Origin: Eledone cirrhosa
Taxonomy: Eukaryota
DNA: 64,000 nt
Assembly: GCA_964016885.1 (NCBI GenBank)
Contig: OZ024746.1
Coordinates: 60,574,001-60,638,000 of the forward strand
Direction: 5' to 3'
Under the pieces are notes generated by a model. The model saw only the letters and a program-made list of their open reading frames with translations. It ran no database searches and had not been told where the DNA came from. Shown in pieces: positions 11,228 to 21,539 of this stretch. Numbering within the stretch: the first letter of the stretch is position 1; each line of letters begins with the position of its first letter. The translations under genes and the position numbers were made by a program.

Positions 11228-11905
11228 ATCATCATCATCATCATGATCATCGTTTAACGTCCATCTTCCACGCTTGCATGGGTTTGGACGGGAGTTTTCC
11301 CACTTGAGGCAAGATTGGTTATCCTGCTCGTATAGGACTGTCTGGCGGGTTTTCTACGGCTGGATGCCCTTCCTAACACCAACCACGTTTACAGTGTGGA
11401 CTGGGAGGTTTTTACCGTGTTACCTACACGGCCACATTACAGCGTGGACTGTGTGTTTTTTTGTCGTGACACCTACACGTCTGGCGGGTTTTCTACGGCT
11501 GGGTGCCCTTCCCAACACCAACCATGTTAACAGTGTGTACTGGGAGGTTTTTACCGTGTTACCTACACGGCCACATTACAGCGTGGACTGTGTGTTTTTT
11601 TGTCGTGACACCTACACGACCTCATTTGTTTCGGACTGGATGTTGTGGTACCAACATAACTTTACATTTAAGGGGGTGGTGTGGATGTGGTGGGGGTAGT
11701 GGGACGAGGGTGTATTTTGTTAGAGGTGCCTACTGACTGTAGGTTTTGCTTTGTACTTAGGCAAGGCGGGTCTTCTGTATAACTGTGTAATGCCAAAGAT
11801 CTCGGTCCAGTGACATTGTCTTGGAGAGGTGTAAGTGTGTGAGGTCGGAATTTATCAAGTCGTCCCAGGTTTTTCTGGGTCTGCCTACTCCGTGGCTACC
11901 GTCTA
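11228..11905 (-). mobile_element. RTE-clade LINE 3' end with an internal duplication of about 140 bp
   Basis: Reverse-complement relative of 3765-4262. 11339-11478 is repeated at 11479-11618. Confidence 0.85.
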
Positions 11906-11971
11906 TTTTTATATATATATATATATATTTTATATATATATATATATATTTTATATATATATATATTTATA

Positions 11972-12033
<62 letters not shown>

Positions 12034-12035
<2 letters not shown>

Positions 12036-12200
12036 CGAAGGAAGTATGGTAAGGAGCCAGGTGGACCATAACGCACCAGAGTACTCAATACTTGGGGTAG
12101 TAGAGTGGGTGATAGGCTGAACTCTGGCTGTTTCGACAGCAGTTCAGACCTAGCTGCCGAAATGGCTGGAGCTCAGCCGTCAGGCATGTGACTCTTTTCC
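12034..12200. mobile_element. Short palindromic element in (TA)n, same family as 36154-36283, 36310-36502 and 35465-35512
   Basis: Shared AACGAAGGA..GGTGGACCATAACG..CCAGAGTACTCAATA head and GGCTGAGCTCCGGCCGTTTCGACAGC-type inverted arms. Confidence 0.7.
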
Positions 12201-12201
12201 T

Positions 12202-12233
<32 letters not shown>

Positions 12234-12261
12234 CTCTCTCTCTATGTGTGTATATATATAC

Positions 12262-12332
<71 letters not shown>

Positions 12333-12338
<6 letters not shown>

Positions 12339-12680
12339 AAAATTGAACGGGAACAAAACAGAGAGGCAGTACAAACAAAGGTTTATTAATTTCACGCTCT
12401 TGAGAGTGGGGTGGTGGTGGGGAACGACGTTTCGGGCATAAGCCCTTCTTCAGGTGAAAAGTGTGTGGGAAGAAAGTTCAAAGGGTGTGTAGGGGAGTGG
12501 TGGAGAGACATATAGCAAAAAGGGGGTGAGAGGAAACGGTGCAAATGAAATTAAAAATAAAGGCATGATCAAAATAAAATTAAAATGGGGTAAAACAGGT
12601 GGTGGAAGGGTGTGGGGGCGTGTAGGGGTCGTGGCGGGTGGAGTGGGGAAAGGGAGACAGGGTGTCCGAGCCTGATATTG
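12333..12680 (-). mobile_element. Penelope-like element 3' end with an intact minimal hammerhead core (12426-12453)
   Basis: Minus strand reads CTGAAGA-A-GGGC(TTAT)GCCC-GAAAC-GTC, followed by AATAAA and then (TA)n. Confidence 0.8.
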
Positions 12681-13133
12681 AAGTTATATGTTTGCTTAAC
12701 CTGTTAGAAACAGCAGCCAAATCTCCTTCAAATTACACCCTACATTCTTTAAAAATAAAGGAAACATTGGATACTGCAGCCTTAAATACATAAAATAGCT
12801 ACTTTTTATGACTGGAATATCTTTGCCCACAGAGCAGCTTGACCAGGCCTGACCTGGGGCTAAAAAACAACTACAGCATTTATCACAGATTCACCATACA
12901 CATACAAACACATACACACATTAAATCATAATTTTACTACACAAATACAGATGTTATACTCCAAACACAAACTTAATTATAAGAAAATAATTATATTACT
13001 AAATCCCCCCCACCAAATTCTTGATTATTTTCAGAATTATTTGAAATCTATAAGCAGTCCATACTGTAAATGTGGATGGCATTAGGAAGTGCATTCAGCT
13101 GTAGAAAGTAAGCCAGAAACAGTTCTGTATGAG

Positions 13134-13523
13134 CAGTGCTGGATTTACTATTGGGCTTAACCCTTTAGCATTTACATTACTCTATATTTACTACTATATT
13201 TTCACAATAAACACTTTACCTCACATAATATTGAATCTACGAGATTTTTGATGTTATTTATTTTGAGAACAATACCTTAACAGCAGTATGAGTGGCCAAT
13301 TACAGCCAGTTTGAACAGAAAGAGGTGAGAGAATTCTGGCCAGATATGGCCGATTTAAATCTAAAGAGTTAAGCACAGAGCCCTGTTGGCCAGGGGAAAC
13401 CCATCTTCCTGCCAAAAAGATTTTTTATGATGAATTTTTCAAATGTTTTTCAAATGTCAAACATTCAAAGGGGCCTCATAACTTAACTAGCACAAGGCTT
13501 CATTTATCCTAAATCCGGCACTG
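13134..13523. mobile_element. hAT-type MITE with 8-bp TSD, inserted in an RTE/SINE tail
   Basis: TIRs CAGTGCTGGATTTA / TAAATCCGGCACTG. TSD TGTATGAG at 13126-13133 and 13524-13531. Confidence 0.85.
13161..13368. mobile_element. piggyBac-like MITE nested in the hAT MITE
   Basis: TTAA|CCCTTTAGCATTTA...TAAATCTAAAGAG|TTAA. Confidence 0.85.
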
Positions 13524-13649
13524 TGTATGAGCATGACACGGTCATCTGATCTGACTTGTCTCACAACAAGACAATTCGTCTAACCCGTGCTAGCGTGGAA
13601 AATGAACATTAAACAGTGATGATGATGATGGTGGTCATGAAATGGTTGA

Positions 13650-13953
13650 AATAATTGTTTCTACTATTGGCACAGGCCAGCAATTACCCAGTACATTACT
13701 GGTACTTTATTTTATCGACCCCGTAAGGATGAAAGGCAAAGTTAACCTCGGTGGGATTTGGTTGAAATAATTGTTTCTACTTTAGGCACAAGGCCAGCAA
13801 TTACCCAGTACATTACTGGTACTTTATTTTATCGACCCCGTAAGGATGAAAGGCAAAGTTAACCTCGGCGGGATTTGAACTCAGACTGCAAAGGGACGTA
13901 ACTATGCTAGAAAGCATGGCGTCCAACCCTCTACCGATACTGCCAATTCACCG
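13650..13953 (-). mobile_element. tRNA-derived SINE with Meta/MESC-like core and a duplicated 3' half
   Basis: Minus strand has GAGTTCAAATCCCGCCGAGGTTAACTTTGCCTTTCATCCTTACGGGGTCGATAAAATAAAGTACC. 13643-13759 is repeated at 13760-13877. Confidence 0.85.
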
Positions 13954-13954
13954 A

Positions 13955-14080
13955 TTACCAGTCATATCCTGGTTTTGATTCAATCTACTCCTCTATTACA
14001 CTCACCCACCTATCTATCCTACAAGATTTATGGCCTTTTGCCAATCAATTAAAGACATCTTAATTATTAATTAATTGATT
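13955..14080. repeat. Unclassified dispersed repeat of about 125 bp
   Basis: TACCAGTCATATCCTGGTTTTGATTCAATCTACTCC...GGCCTTTTGCCAATCAAT recurs at 62443-62570. Confidence 0.8.
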
Positions 14081-14484
14081 AATTTTTTGTGCATATATTC
14101 TTTTATTATTTTACTGGTTTCAATCATTAGACTGTGGTCATGCTGCAGCAGGCACTTTTTTGAGGTTGTAAATCATACAGACACCAGTAACTATTGTTCC
14201 AGTTTGATACTTATTTTATTGATCTCCTTTTTTTGCCAAACTCCTAAATTATGGTATATAAACACAGACACAGACATGCATATATATACATATGTGTGTG
14301 TGTGTATATGTAAAAAAGGACTGGATAGGAATTTCATACAGTATACCCAGTGTAGACTGTGGACACACAAGTGATGTGGGGTCACAGGTAGGTTGATAGG
14401 CAGGGTAGACTTCGTATGTGACAGATACACAAGAGTAAGGGTATACAACAGTAAGGGTACTCAAGAAATAAACTCTTTCTGTGA

Positions 14485-15505
14485 CCTTCATGACCTGGTC
14501 AATCAACTTGATGCCTCTATGGTTTCCTCTGTCTAGTGCATCTCCTTTACCCTGATAGCAGTTGATGATAATGCTGCTATGCTAATCATTGGGTTTAACA
14601 TCATTTTGTATTTCTTGGTTTACAATATGGGTGGTTAAGGTGTGACCCACAATCCCAGATGCTTTCAGTATCTTGACAACTATCCCCAAAGGTTCAGCTG
14701 CTTTGCCTGTCTTCATATCCTTGATTGCCTTACTTACAATACTACTGCTGACTTCTACAGCCTGTCCTTCTGTTGGGTTTACTTGGGGCAAACTAATTTC
14801 TTCCCATTCACTCCCCTCATTCAATAGTCTTTCATAGAGGCACTTCCATGCTACCTTCTTTTTAGCATCTGTGAGTGCAAGTACACCATTATAATCTCGG
14901 ACACAATTCTCTCCCTCAAGATCACAATTTTCCCTGACACACTACCTTGCAATCCTGAACTCCTCACACTTTTGGTCCTCGTGTTGCAAGACATGTTTAA
15001 ATTTATTTTCTGCTTCTCTTCTTGCAAAGTATACTTGACCTAGCTTCTCCCTTAGCATCCTGATAGTATTCTCTACTTCCACCATTCTGTCATTTATTTC
15101 CATGCCTGTCTTTTGGCCTTAATTGTCTCATCCACCCTACTATTCCACCACCAAGTTACTCTCCTACCTAGGGACGTGCTCCAACCACAGATTTTGTTTG
15201 CTGGCTTTGGTAGTTTATTTTTAAGGACCCTCCACTGCTCCTCTATAACATATGTCTCTATTTTCAACAGTGTCAAGAAATTTGTTTCCGACTATGGGGC
15301 CTTTAACTTCCATATTTTTCTCCGCCATGTTGTCCTCTGTTGCCAGGGTCTTCTAGCCCTAACTATAAGGTCACTAACTTCTAAGTTATGTAGGGAGGGT
15401 CTTTGTGTTTACAACTGTCACTCTATCTCGTCTTCTGATGAGGATAAAATCTATCTGGCTGGCATGCTCACCTGATCTATAGGTGATCAAGTGATTGTCT
15501 GGTTT
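14485..15505 (-). mobile_element. RTE-clade LINE internal fragment (between EN and RT), degenerate
   Basis: TWWWNSRVDETIKAKRQAWK and KAIKDMKTGKAAEPLGIV. A related piece is at 49720-49910 (+). Confidence 0.8.
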
Positions 15506-15658
15506 TACACACTCATAACTGGTTTCAGCAGTTTTTGTTTATCAAATTCCACTTGCAAGGCATTGATTAACCTGTGACTATAGTAGAAGACACATGTACA
15601 ATATGCCACACAGCAGAATCAAACTCAGGACTATGTGATTGCAAAGGAAACTCCTTAA

Positions 15659-15880
15659 CCCTTCAGCATTTACATTACTCTATATATACTATTGTATTTT
15701 CATGGTAAAGGTTTTATCTCACATAATATCTCTCATAATATCAAATCTATGAGATTTTGATATTATTTATTTTGAAAACAATACCTTAACATCAATATGA
15801 GTGGCCAATTACAGACTGTTTGAACAGAAAGAGGTGAGAGAATTCTGGCTGGATACACCCGGTTTAAATGCTAAATGCTA
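15659..15880. mobile_element. piggyBac-like MITE with a damaged right end
   Basis: TTAA|CCCTTCAGCATTTACATTACTC..., same family as 13161-13368. Confidence 0.75.
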
Positions 15881-16233
15881 AACATACAGTCATGTCAGCG
15901 CCAATATATATTCATTCAATGTTTTTATTTCGAACCAGTGCACTTTATTGGAAAAATACAATTTGGAGTAAATAGATATGCAATGTTAAACAAGAAAAGT
16001 GATATATAATGGTAAAACTGGGATGACAACAGATTCATTTGCACTAAAAACACTGCAATGATGTCGTTCTTAGCTGCAGCAGCAGCAGTTGTTGCTAATG
16101 TAAGCAGGCAGTTGCTAACCAAAGCTGTGAAAGAAAAAACAGTGACAGCTGCAGTGTGCACTGTGCACTGAGCAATGCTTGACAATGTGTTTCTGGAACA
16201 TTTTTCTGTATTATCACAGGAACAAAAAAAGTA

Positions 16234-16269
<36 letters not shown>

Positions 16270-16382
16270 TGTCATCATTTTATGTCCGCTTTCCATGTTG
16301 GCATGGGTTGGACAGGTCATCACGATCAAATATTAGACATGGTCATTATCAGATTACTACATCTTACTCATACATTCCTATC

Positions 16383-16424
<42 letters not shown>

Positions 16425-16719
16425 TCTCTCTCTCTCTCTCACTCTCACCCTCCCTCTCTCTCTCTTTCTATCTATCTTTCTATTATCCATCTATCTGTTT
16501 ATTTAGTTTTCTGTCACCAAACTCTGGGAGGACTCTGTAGAAACAGTAGACAGCTTTTGCTACCTAGGTGACCGAATTAGCAGCAGAGGTGGGTGTTGGA
16601 AAGTACAATAACTAGGGTAAGAACGGGATGGAAGAAGTTCAGGGAGCTACTGCCACTGCTAGCTGCAAAAGGCTTTTCCCTCAAAATGAAACTTTGGTAC
16701 ACTTTCATCAGATAAAATA

Positions 16720-16864
16720 CAAAGTTTGTTTTATAAATAGTGACATACCCAGGAATCAAACCTTAACAGTTCAAGTTCCATTTGGATAGTCAAACTATCC
16801 AAATGGAACTTGAACCGTTAAGGTCTGATTCCTGGGTATGTCACTATTTATAAAACAAACTTTG
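16720..16864. repeat. Near-perfect palindrome (71-bp arms, 3-nt loop)
   Basis: 16720-16790 versus 16794-16864, 2 mismatches. Followed by three tandem repeats of about 41 bp (16865-16980). Confidence 0.95.
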
Positions 16865-17082
16865 AACCCTTGAAATATATATAATAGAGTAAATAAAACA
16901 AAGTTTGTAGCCTTGAAATATATATAATAGAGTAAATAAAACAAACTTTGTACCCTTGAAATATATATAATAGAATAAATATGGTTTTATAAATATAGTT
17001 TCCATTTATTAATATCATTGATATTATACTCCAGAAAAACTGTTGAGTGCTTCGAATCTGTTATAAATATATTTGTTGAATT

Positions 17083-17866
17083 ACTTCCGCCTGGGACCTA
17101 TGGACAACTTCCAGAGGTCCCTGGCCTGGCAGTGCTACCGAGGAGCTCTATAAGTTCAAGATAAGATCTACAGGCACGAACGCCCCTGCAGGGATCCTTC
17201 CAAGAAGACATGTCCAAGATGCGAGCAGGACATTGAAACCGTCTTACACGCACGCAATTGTACACTGCCCGAGCGTAACTGACCTGTGGAACTACGCAGA
17301 ACAACTGCTGTCGCGTATGGGACAAATCCAGTTGACTGCTGAGTCCTTATTAAGGATCAAACCACCAACCTCTTTCAAAAACGAAAAAGAGGCGGTTTTC
17401 CTCTGGAAAGTGGCTATGGTGAAAGAGGTTATATGGTGGACGAGATTGAGAGGACTGAGGACAGATGCCTTTCTCTCCGGACAACAACTCATTCCCTTCT
17501 TTAGGTACCACTTTAGAAGGAGAATCAGAGTGGAGAGAGAGGCACTGCACCCCAGTAAATTTACTGAAAGGTGGGTGAATGTAGCAAAAATGGCCCGAGT
17601 GATTGGGCCTTCTCTGTATATAAACCTGTAGGTTGAAGAAGATCGCAAAAGGAAGAAAAGAGCACTTGCACAACATGCTCCTGAAGTTGAGGGTTGTTCT
17701 ATCGACAGGGTATTAAACAACCCATTTGTGGCGCTTCACCCCTATTGGGGATTTCGATTGTTAAATTTGTTTGTTTCAATATTTTTACACGACTATGTAA
17801 AATCCCCAGCATGTGTCCTTGTATTGTCCCCTTTTCTTGTGCGTCCTTGTGGCAAATAAAGAAATA
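17083..17866 (+). mobile_element. Tx1/L1-clade LINE 3' fragment, copy 1 (zf-RVT-like region plus 3' UTR)
   Basis: GPMDNFQRSLAWQCYRGAL...HAIVHCPSVTDLWNY...FTERWVNVAKMARV*, then AATAAA and (ATCT)n. Confidence 0.85.
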
Positions 17867-17894
17867 TATCTATCTATCTATCTATATATCTATC

Positions 17895-18630
17895 TGGCAG
17901 TGCTACCGAGGAGCTCTACCAGTTCGAGACAAGCTCTACAGACATGGGCGCCCGGGCAGGGACCCTGCAAAAATGATCTGTCCGAGGTGCGTGCGAGACG
18001 AAGAAACCGTCGCGCCGCATTCATACACTGCCTGGGCATCACTGACCTGTGGGGCTATGTAGAACGACTATTGTCGTGGGTGGGACCAATCCGGTTGACC
18101 ACCGAGTCCATTGTCATGATCAAACCGCCACCCTCCTTCAAAAACGAAGGAGAGGCGGTTTTCCTTTGTGTGATAGCTATGGCGAAAGAGGTTGTATGGT
18201 GGACAAGGTTGAAAGGGCTGAGGTCAGACACCTTTCTCTCCGGCCAACAACTGATTCTTTTTTTCAAATACCACTTTGGAAGAAGAATCAGGATGGAGAG
18301 TGAGGTGCTTAACACCAGCAATTTTTATGAAAGGTGGGTGAAAGTGGCGAGAATGGCCCGAGTGAATGGGCCTTCTCTCTATATCAGCCTGTAGGTTGAG
18401 GAAAAAGAGGAGGAGAGGAAAGGAGTACAAACTCTTCGTACTCCTGGAGATGAGGGTTGCACATTTTTTGGGGGGTATGTGTTACCCATATAAACTGTCT
18501 CCCCCTATTGGGGAAAATTGACTAATTTTTAAATTGCATTTGTGATAACATTTTACACGTTTTTATTGTATGTAAACTTCCCCCTTTGTATTTATCCCCT
18601 TCTTTTGTGCCCCTGTGGCTAATAAAGAAA
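17895..18630 (+). mobile_element. Tx1/L1-clade LINE 3' fragment, copy 2
   Basis: WQCYRGALPVRDKLYRHG..CPRCVRDEET..AFIHC..FYERWVKVARMARV*, then AATAAAGAAA and (ATCT)n. Confidence 0.85.
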
Positions 18631-18702
18631 CATATCTATCTATCTATATATATAGATATATGTCTATCTATCTCCCCTCTCTATCTATCTATCTATCTCC
18701 CC

Positions 18703-18744
<42 letters not shown>

Positions 18745-18759
18745 TTATCTATCTGCCTA

Positions 18760-19183
18760 GGTTGTGTGGTGGACGCGCCTGAAAGGTCTGAGGACGGGTG
18801 ACTTTCTCTCCGGCCAACACCTGGTTTACTTCTTCCGATACCACTTCGGAAGAAGGATCAGGATGGAGAGAGAAGTGCTTGGCCCCAGGCAGTTTTATGA
18901 AAGGTGGATGAAAGAGGCGAGAATGGCTCGTGTAAATGGGCCTTCTCTCTACATTGTTCTGTAGGTGAAGAAGTGAAGAGGAAAGGGGGAGCGCCTCCTC
19001 TCTGGGCTTCCCCCGGGAAAAGGGTTGCACACTTTTCGGGGGTATGTGCTTCCTCCCTTTTGAGGACTTTTTATTATTATATTATTTTTATTGTTATTCC
19101 TTTTTTTCTTTACTCGCATTTATGTAAACTCCCCCTGTGTATTTGTCCCCTTCTTTTGTGCCCTCGTGGCAAATAAATAGAAA
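18760..19183 (+). mobile_element. Tx1/L1-clade LINE 3' fragment, copy 3
   Basis: VVWWTRLKGLRTGDFLSGQHLVYFFRYHFGRRIRMERE..FYERW, then AATAAA and (ATCT)n. Confidence 0.85.
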
Positions 19184-19539
19184 TCTATCTATTTATCTAT
19201 CTGCCTGTCCATCTATCTATATATATATGTCTATCTCTCTCTCTCTCTCTCCACATTCTCTCCTACACCCTTTTTCTCTTTCTTCTCCCACCCTCTTTCT
19301 CCTCAATACACTTTCTTTGTGGCCTATCTTTCTTCATACCTTCTTTCTTATCTCTCTTTCTTTCTTTTCCTATCTCAACACTTTCTGCCTTTCTCACTCT
19401 TTTTCTTCTCCCACTCTCCCTCTTCTGTTTCTCTCTTTATTTTCTTCCTTCTTTCTGTTTTTCTCTCCAATTTTGTTCTCCCCTTTATTTCTCCCATTCT
19501 TTCATCCTCTTACCCTCTCATCGTGCTATTCATTAACCC

Positions 19540-19825
19540 TCCCCTACTCTCATCACACTCTCTACTATCTTCTCCCCCCTACTCTCATCACGCTCTCTAC
19601 TATCTTCTCCCCCCTACTCTCATAACACTCTCTACTATCTTCTCTCCCCTACTCTCATAACACTCTCTACTATCTTCTCCCCCCTACTCTCATAACACTC
19701 TCTACTATCTTCTCCCCCCTACTCTCATCACACTCTCTACTATCTTCTCTCCCCTACTCTCATCACACTCTCTACTATCTTCTCCCCCCTACTCTCATCA
19801 CACTCTCTACTATCTTCTCTCCCCC
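19540..19825. repeat. 35-bp pyrimidine-rich minisatellite, about 8 copies
   Basis: Unit CCCCTACTCTCATCACACTCTCTACTATCTTCTCC. TCTACTATCT recurs at 19561, 19596 and 19631. Confidence 0.95.
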
Positions 19826-20261
19826 TCTCTCATTTATTTAACACACGCTCTTTCTCTCTCCTACTCTCATCACACTACTCCCCCTCAACCTCCCTCTCTA
19901 CCCCCCTCTCTACCCCTCTCTCTACCCTTACACCCACACAATAATGAATACTAATGTACATTTATTCATGTCTCATGCTTTGCTGATGATGATTAGTAAA
20001 TAATTCAAGATATCAATAAATCAATGAATCAATAAATCAATTGATCAATCAGTCAGTCAGTCAATCAATAGATTGATCTGTATCAATAATCAATAGACAC
20101 AAATCAGACATCGTAAAACCAACATGAGACACAACGGTATGTGGATATCAGCAACCAGTGAAGCTTTTAGACTCGTAGTCGGATAATTTTAAATTAACCA
20201 AACAAAAAAAATAGGTGGTTTAGTGGTTAGGGTGTTCAGCTCATGAGTATAATCACTCAGC

Positions 20262-20601
20262 ATGTCCTTGAATATAACTCCCCAGCAGTGAATGATGTCC
20301 TTGAGTATAACTCCCCAACTGTGTAGTATGTCCTTGAGTATAACTCGCCAGCAGTGAATTATAACCTTGAGTATAATTCCCCAGCAGTAAATTATGTCCT
20401 TGTGTATAATTCCTTATCAGTTAATTATGTCCTTGAGTATAATTCCCCAGTAATGAATTATGTCCTTGAGTATAATTCCCCAGCAGTAAACTATGTCCTT
20501 GAGTATAATTCCCTAATAGTGAATTATGTCATTGAGTATAATGCCCCAGCAGTAAACTATGTCCTTTACTATAATTGCCCAGTGGTGAATTATGTCCTTG
20601 A
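20262..20601. repeat. 33-bp minisatellite (about 10 copies) inside a SINE spanning about 20215-20720
   Basis: Unit TATGTCCTTGAGTATAATTCCCCAGCAGTGAAT. The SINE head lies upstream and GTCCTTGAGCAAGTCACTTTATTTCA continues downstream. Confidence 0.92.
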
Positions 20602-20969
20602 GCAAGTCACTTTATTTCATGGTGTTGCAGTTCACTCAGCTGGTAAATATAAGTTGTTCCTGTAATTCAAAGGGCCAGCCCTATCCCACACACTGTATCA
20701 TGTTAAAGTTCTTTAAGAATTGCATTAGGAATGAGCACCAGCACCCACACACTGCAGAGTGTACTGGATGCATTTTAATATGGTACCAGTTCATTCTGCA
20801 TTAAGAAGGGGCATCCAGCCATAGAAACCTTGCCAAAATGGAACATATGAGCAAGGCATCGTCATATGACCTGTTTAGTCACAGAACATGACAACCTGTC
20901 AAACCCATGCAAGCATGGAAAGCAGACTTAAAGGGATAATAATTATGATGATATATGTATGAGTGTGTT

Positions 20970-21028
<59 letters not shown>

Positions 21029-21059
21029 GTGAGTATGTGGTAGTTGTGTTGTTATTGTT

Positions 21060-21290
21060 GGTGGATGGTGGCAGTGGTGGTGGTGGTAGTAGTGGTGGTG
21101 GCCATGGTGGTGGTGGCAGTGGTGGTGGCTGTGGCAGAGGTGGTAGTAGTGGTGGTGGCCATGGTGGTGGTGGCAGTGGTGGTGGCTGTGGCGGAGGTGG
21201 TAGTAGTGGTGGTAGCCATGGTGGTGGCAGTGGTGGTGACAGTGGCGGTGGCAGTAGTGGTGGCAATGGTGGTGGCAGTGGTGGTAATAG
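21060..21290. repeat. (GGT/GGC)n trinucleotide array
   Basis: Visible directly; preceded by (GT)n at 20973-21030. Confidence 0.95.
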
Positions 21291-21539
21291 TATATAACTT
21301 AACAGACCCTGAGAAGGAGGAAGTGACAATAGAAAAGGGGGTGATAGAAGGGAGGGAGATGGAAGGGGGGAAAGAGATTGGTGGAGGAGAGACAGAGGGG
21401 GGTGGTAGAGGTTAGCCAGTGACCTTAAGCAGTTGACATTTCTCTAGAATGGTGCTGAAGAGAACATCACCTCTTACTATCACCACCAACACCACCACCT
21501 CTTACTACCACCACCGCCATCATCACTATTACTATTAAA

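Noticed and set aside
16720-16864. Canonical pre-miRNA
   Set aside because: The arms are too long and too perfect, which fits a fold-back or transposon origin. Kept only as a hairpin finding.
20262-20601. CRISPR-like array (also 58520-58970)
   Set aside because: The inter-repeat parts are homologous to each other, not unique spacers. There are no cas genes and the context is eukaryotic.
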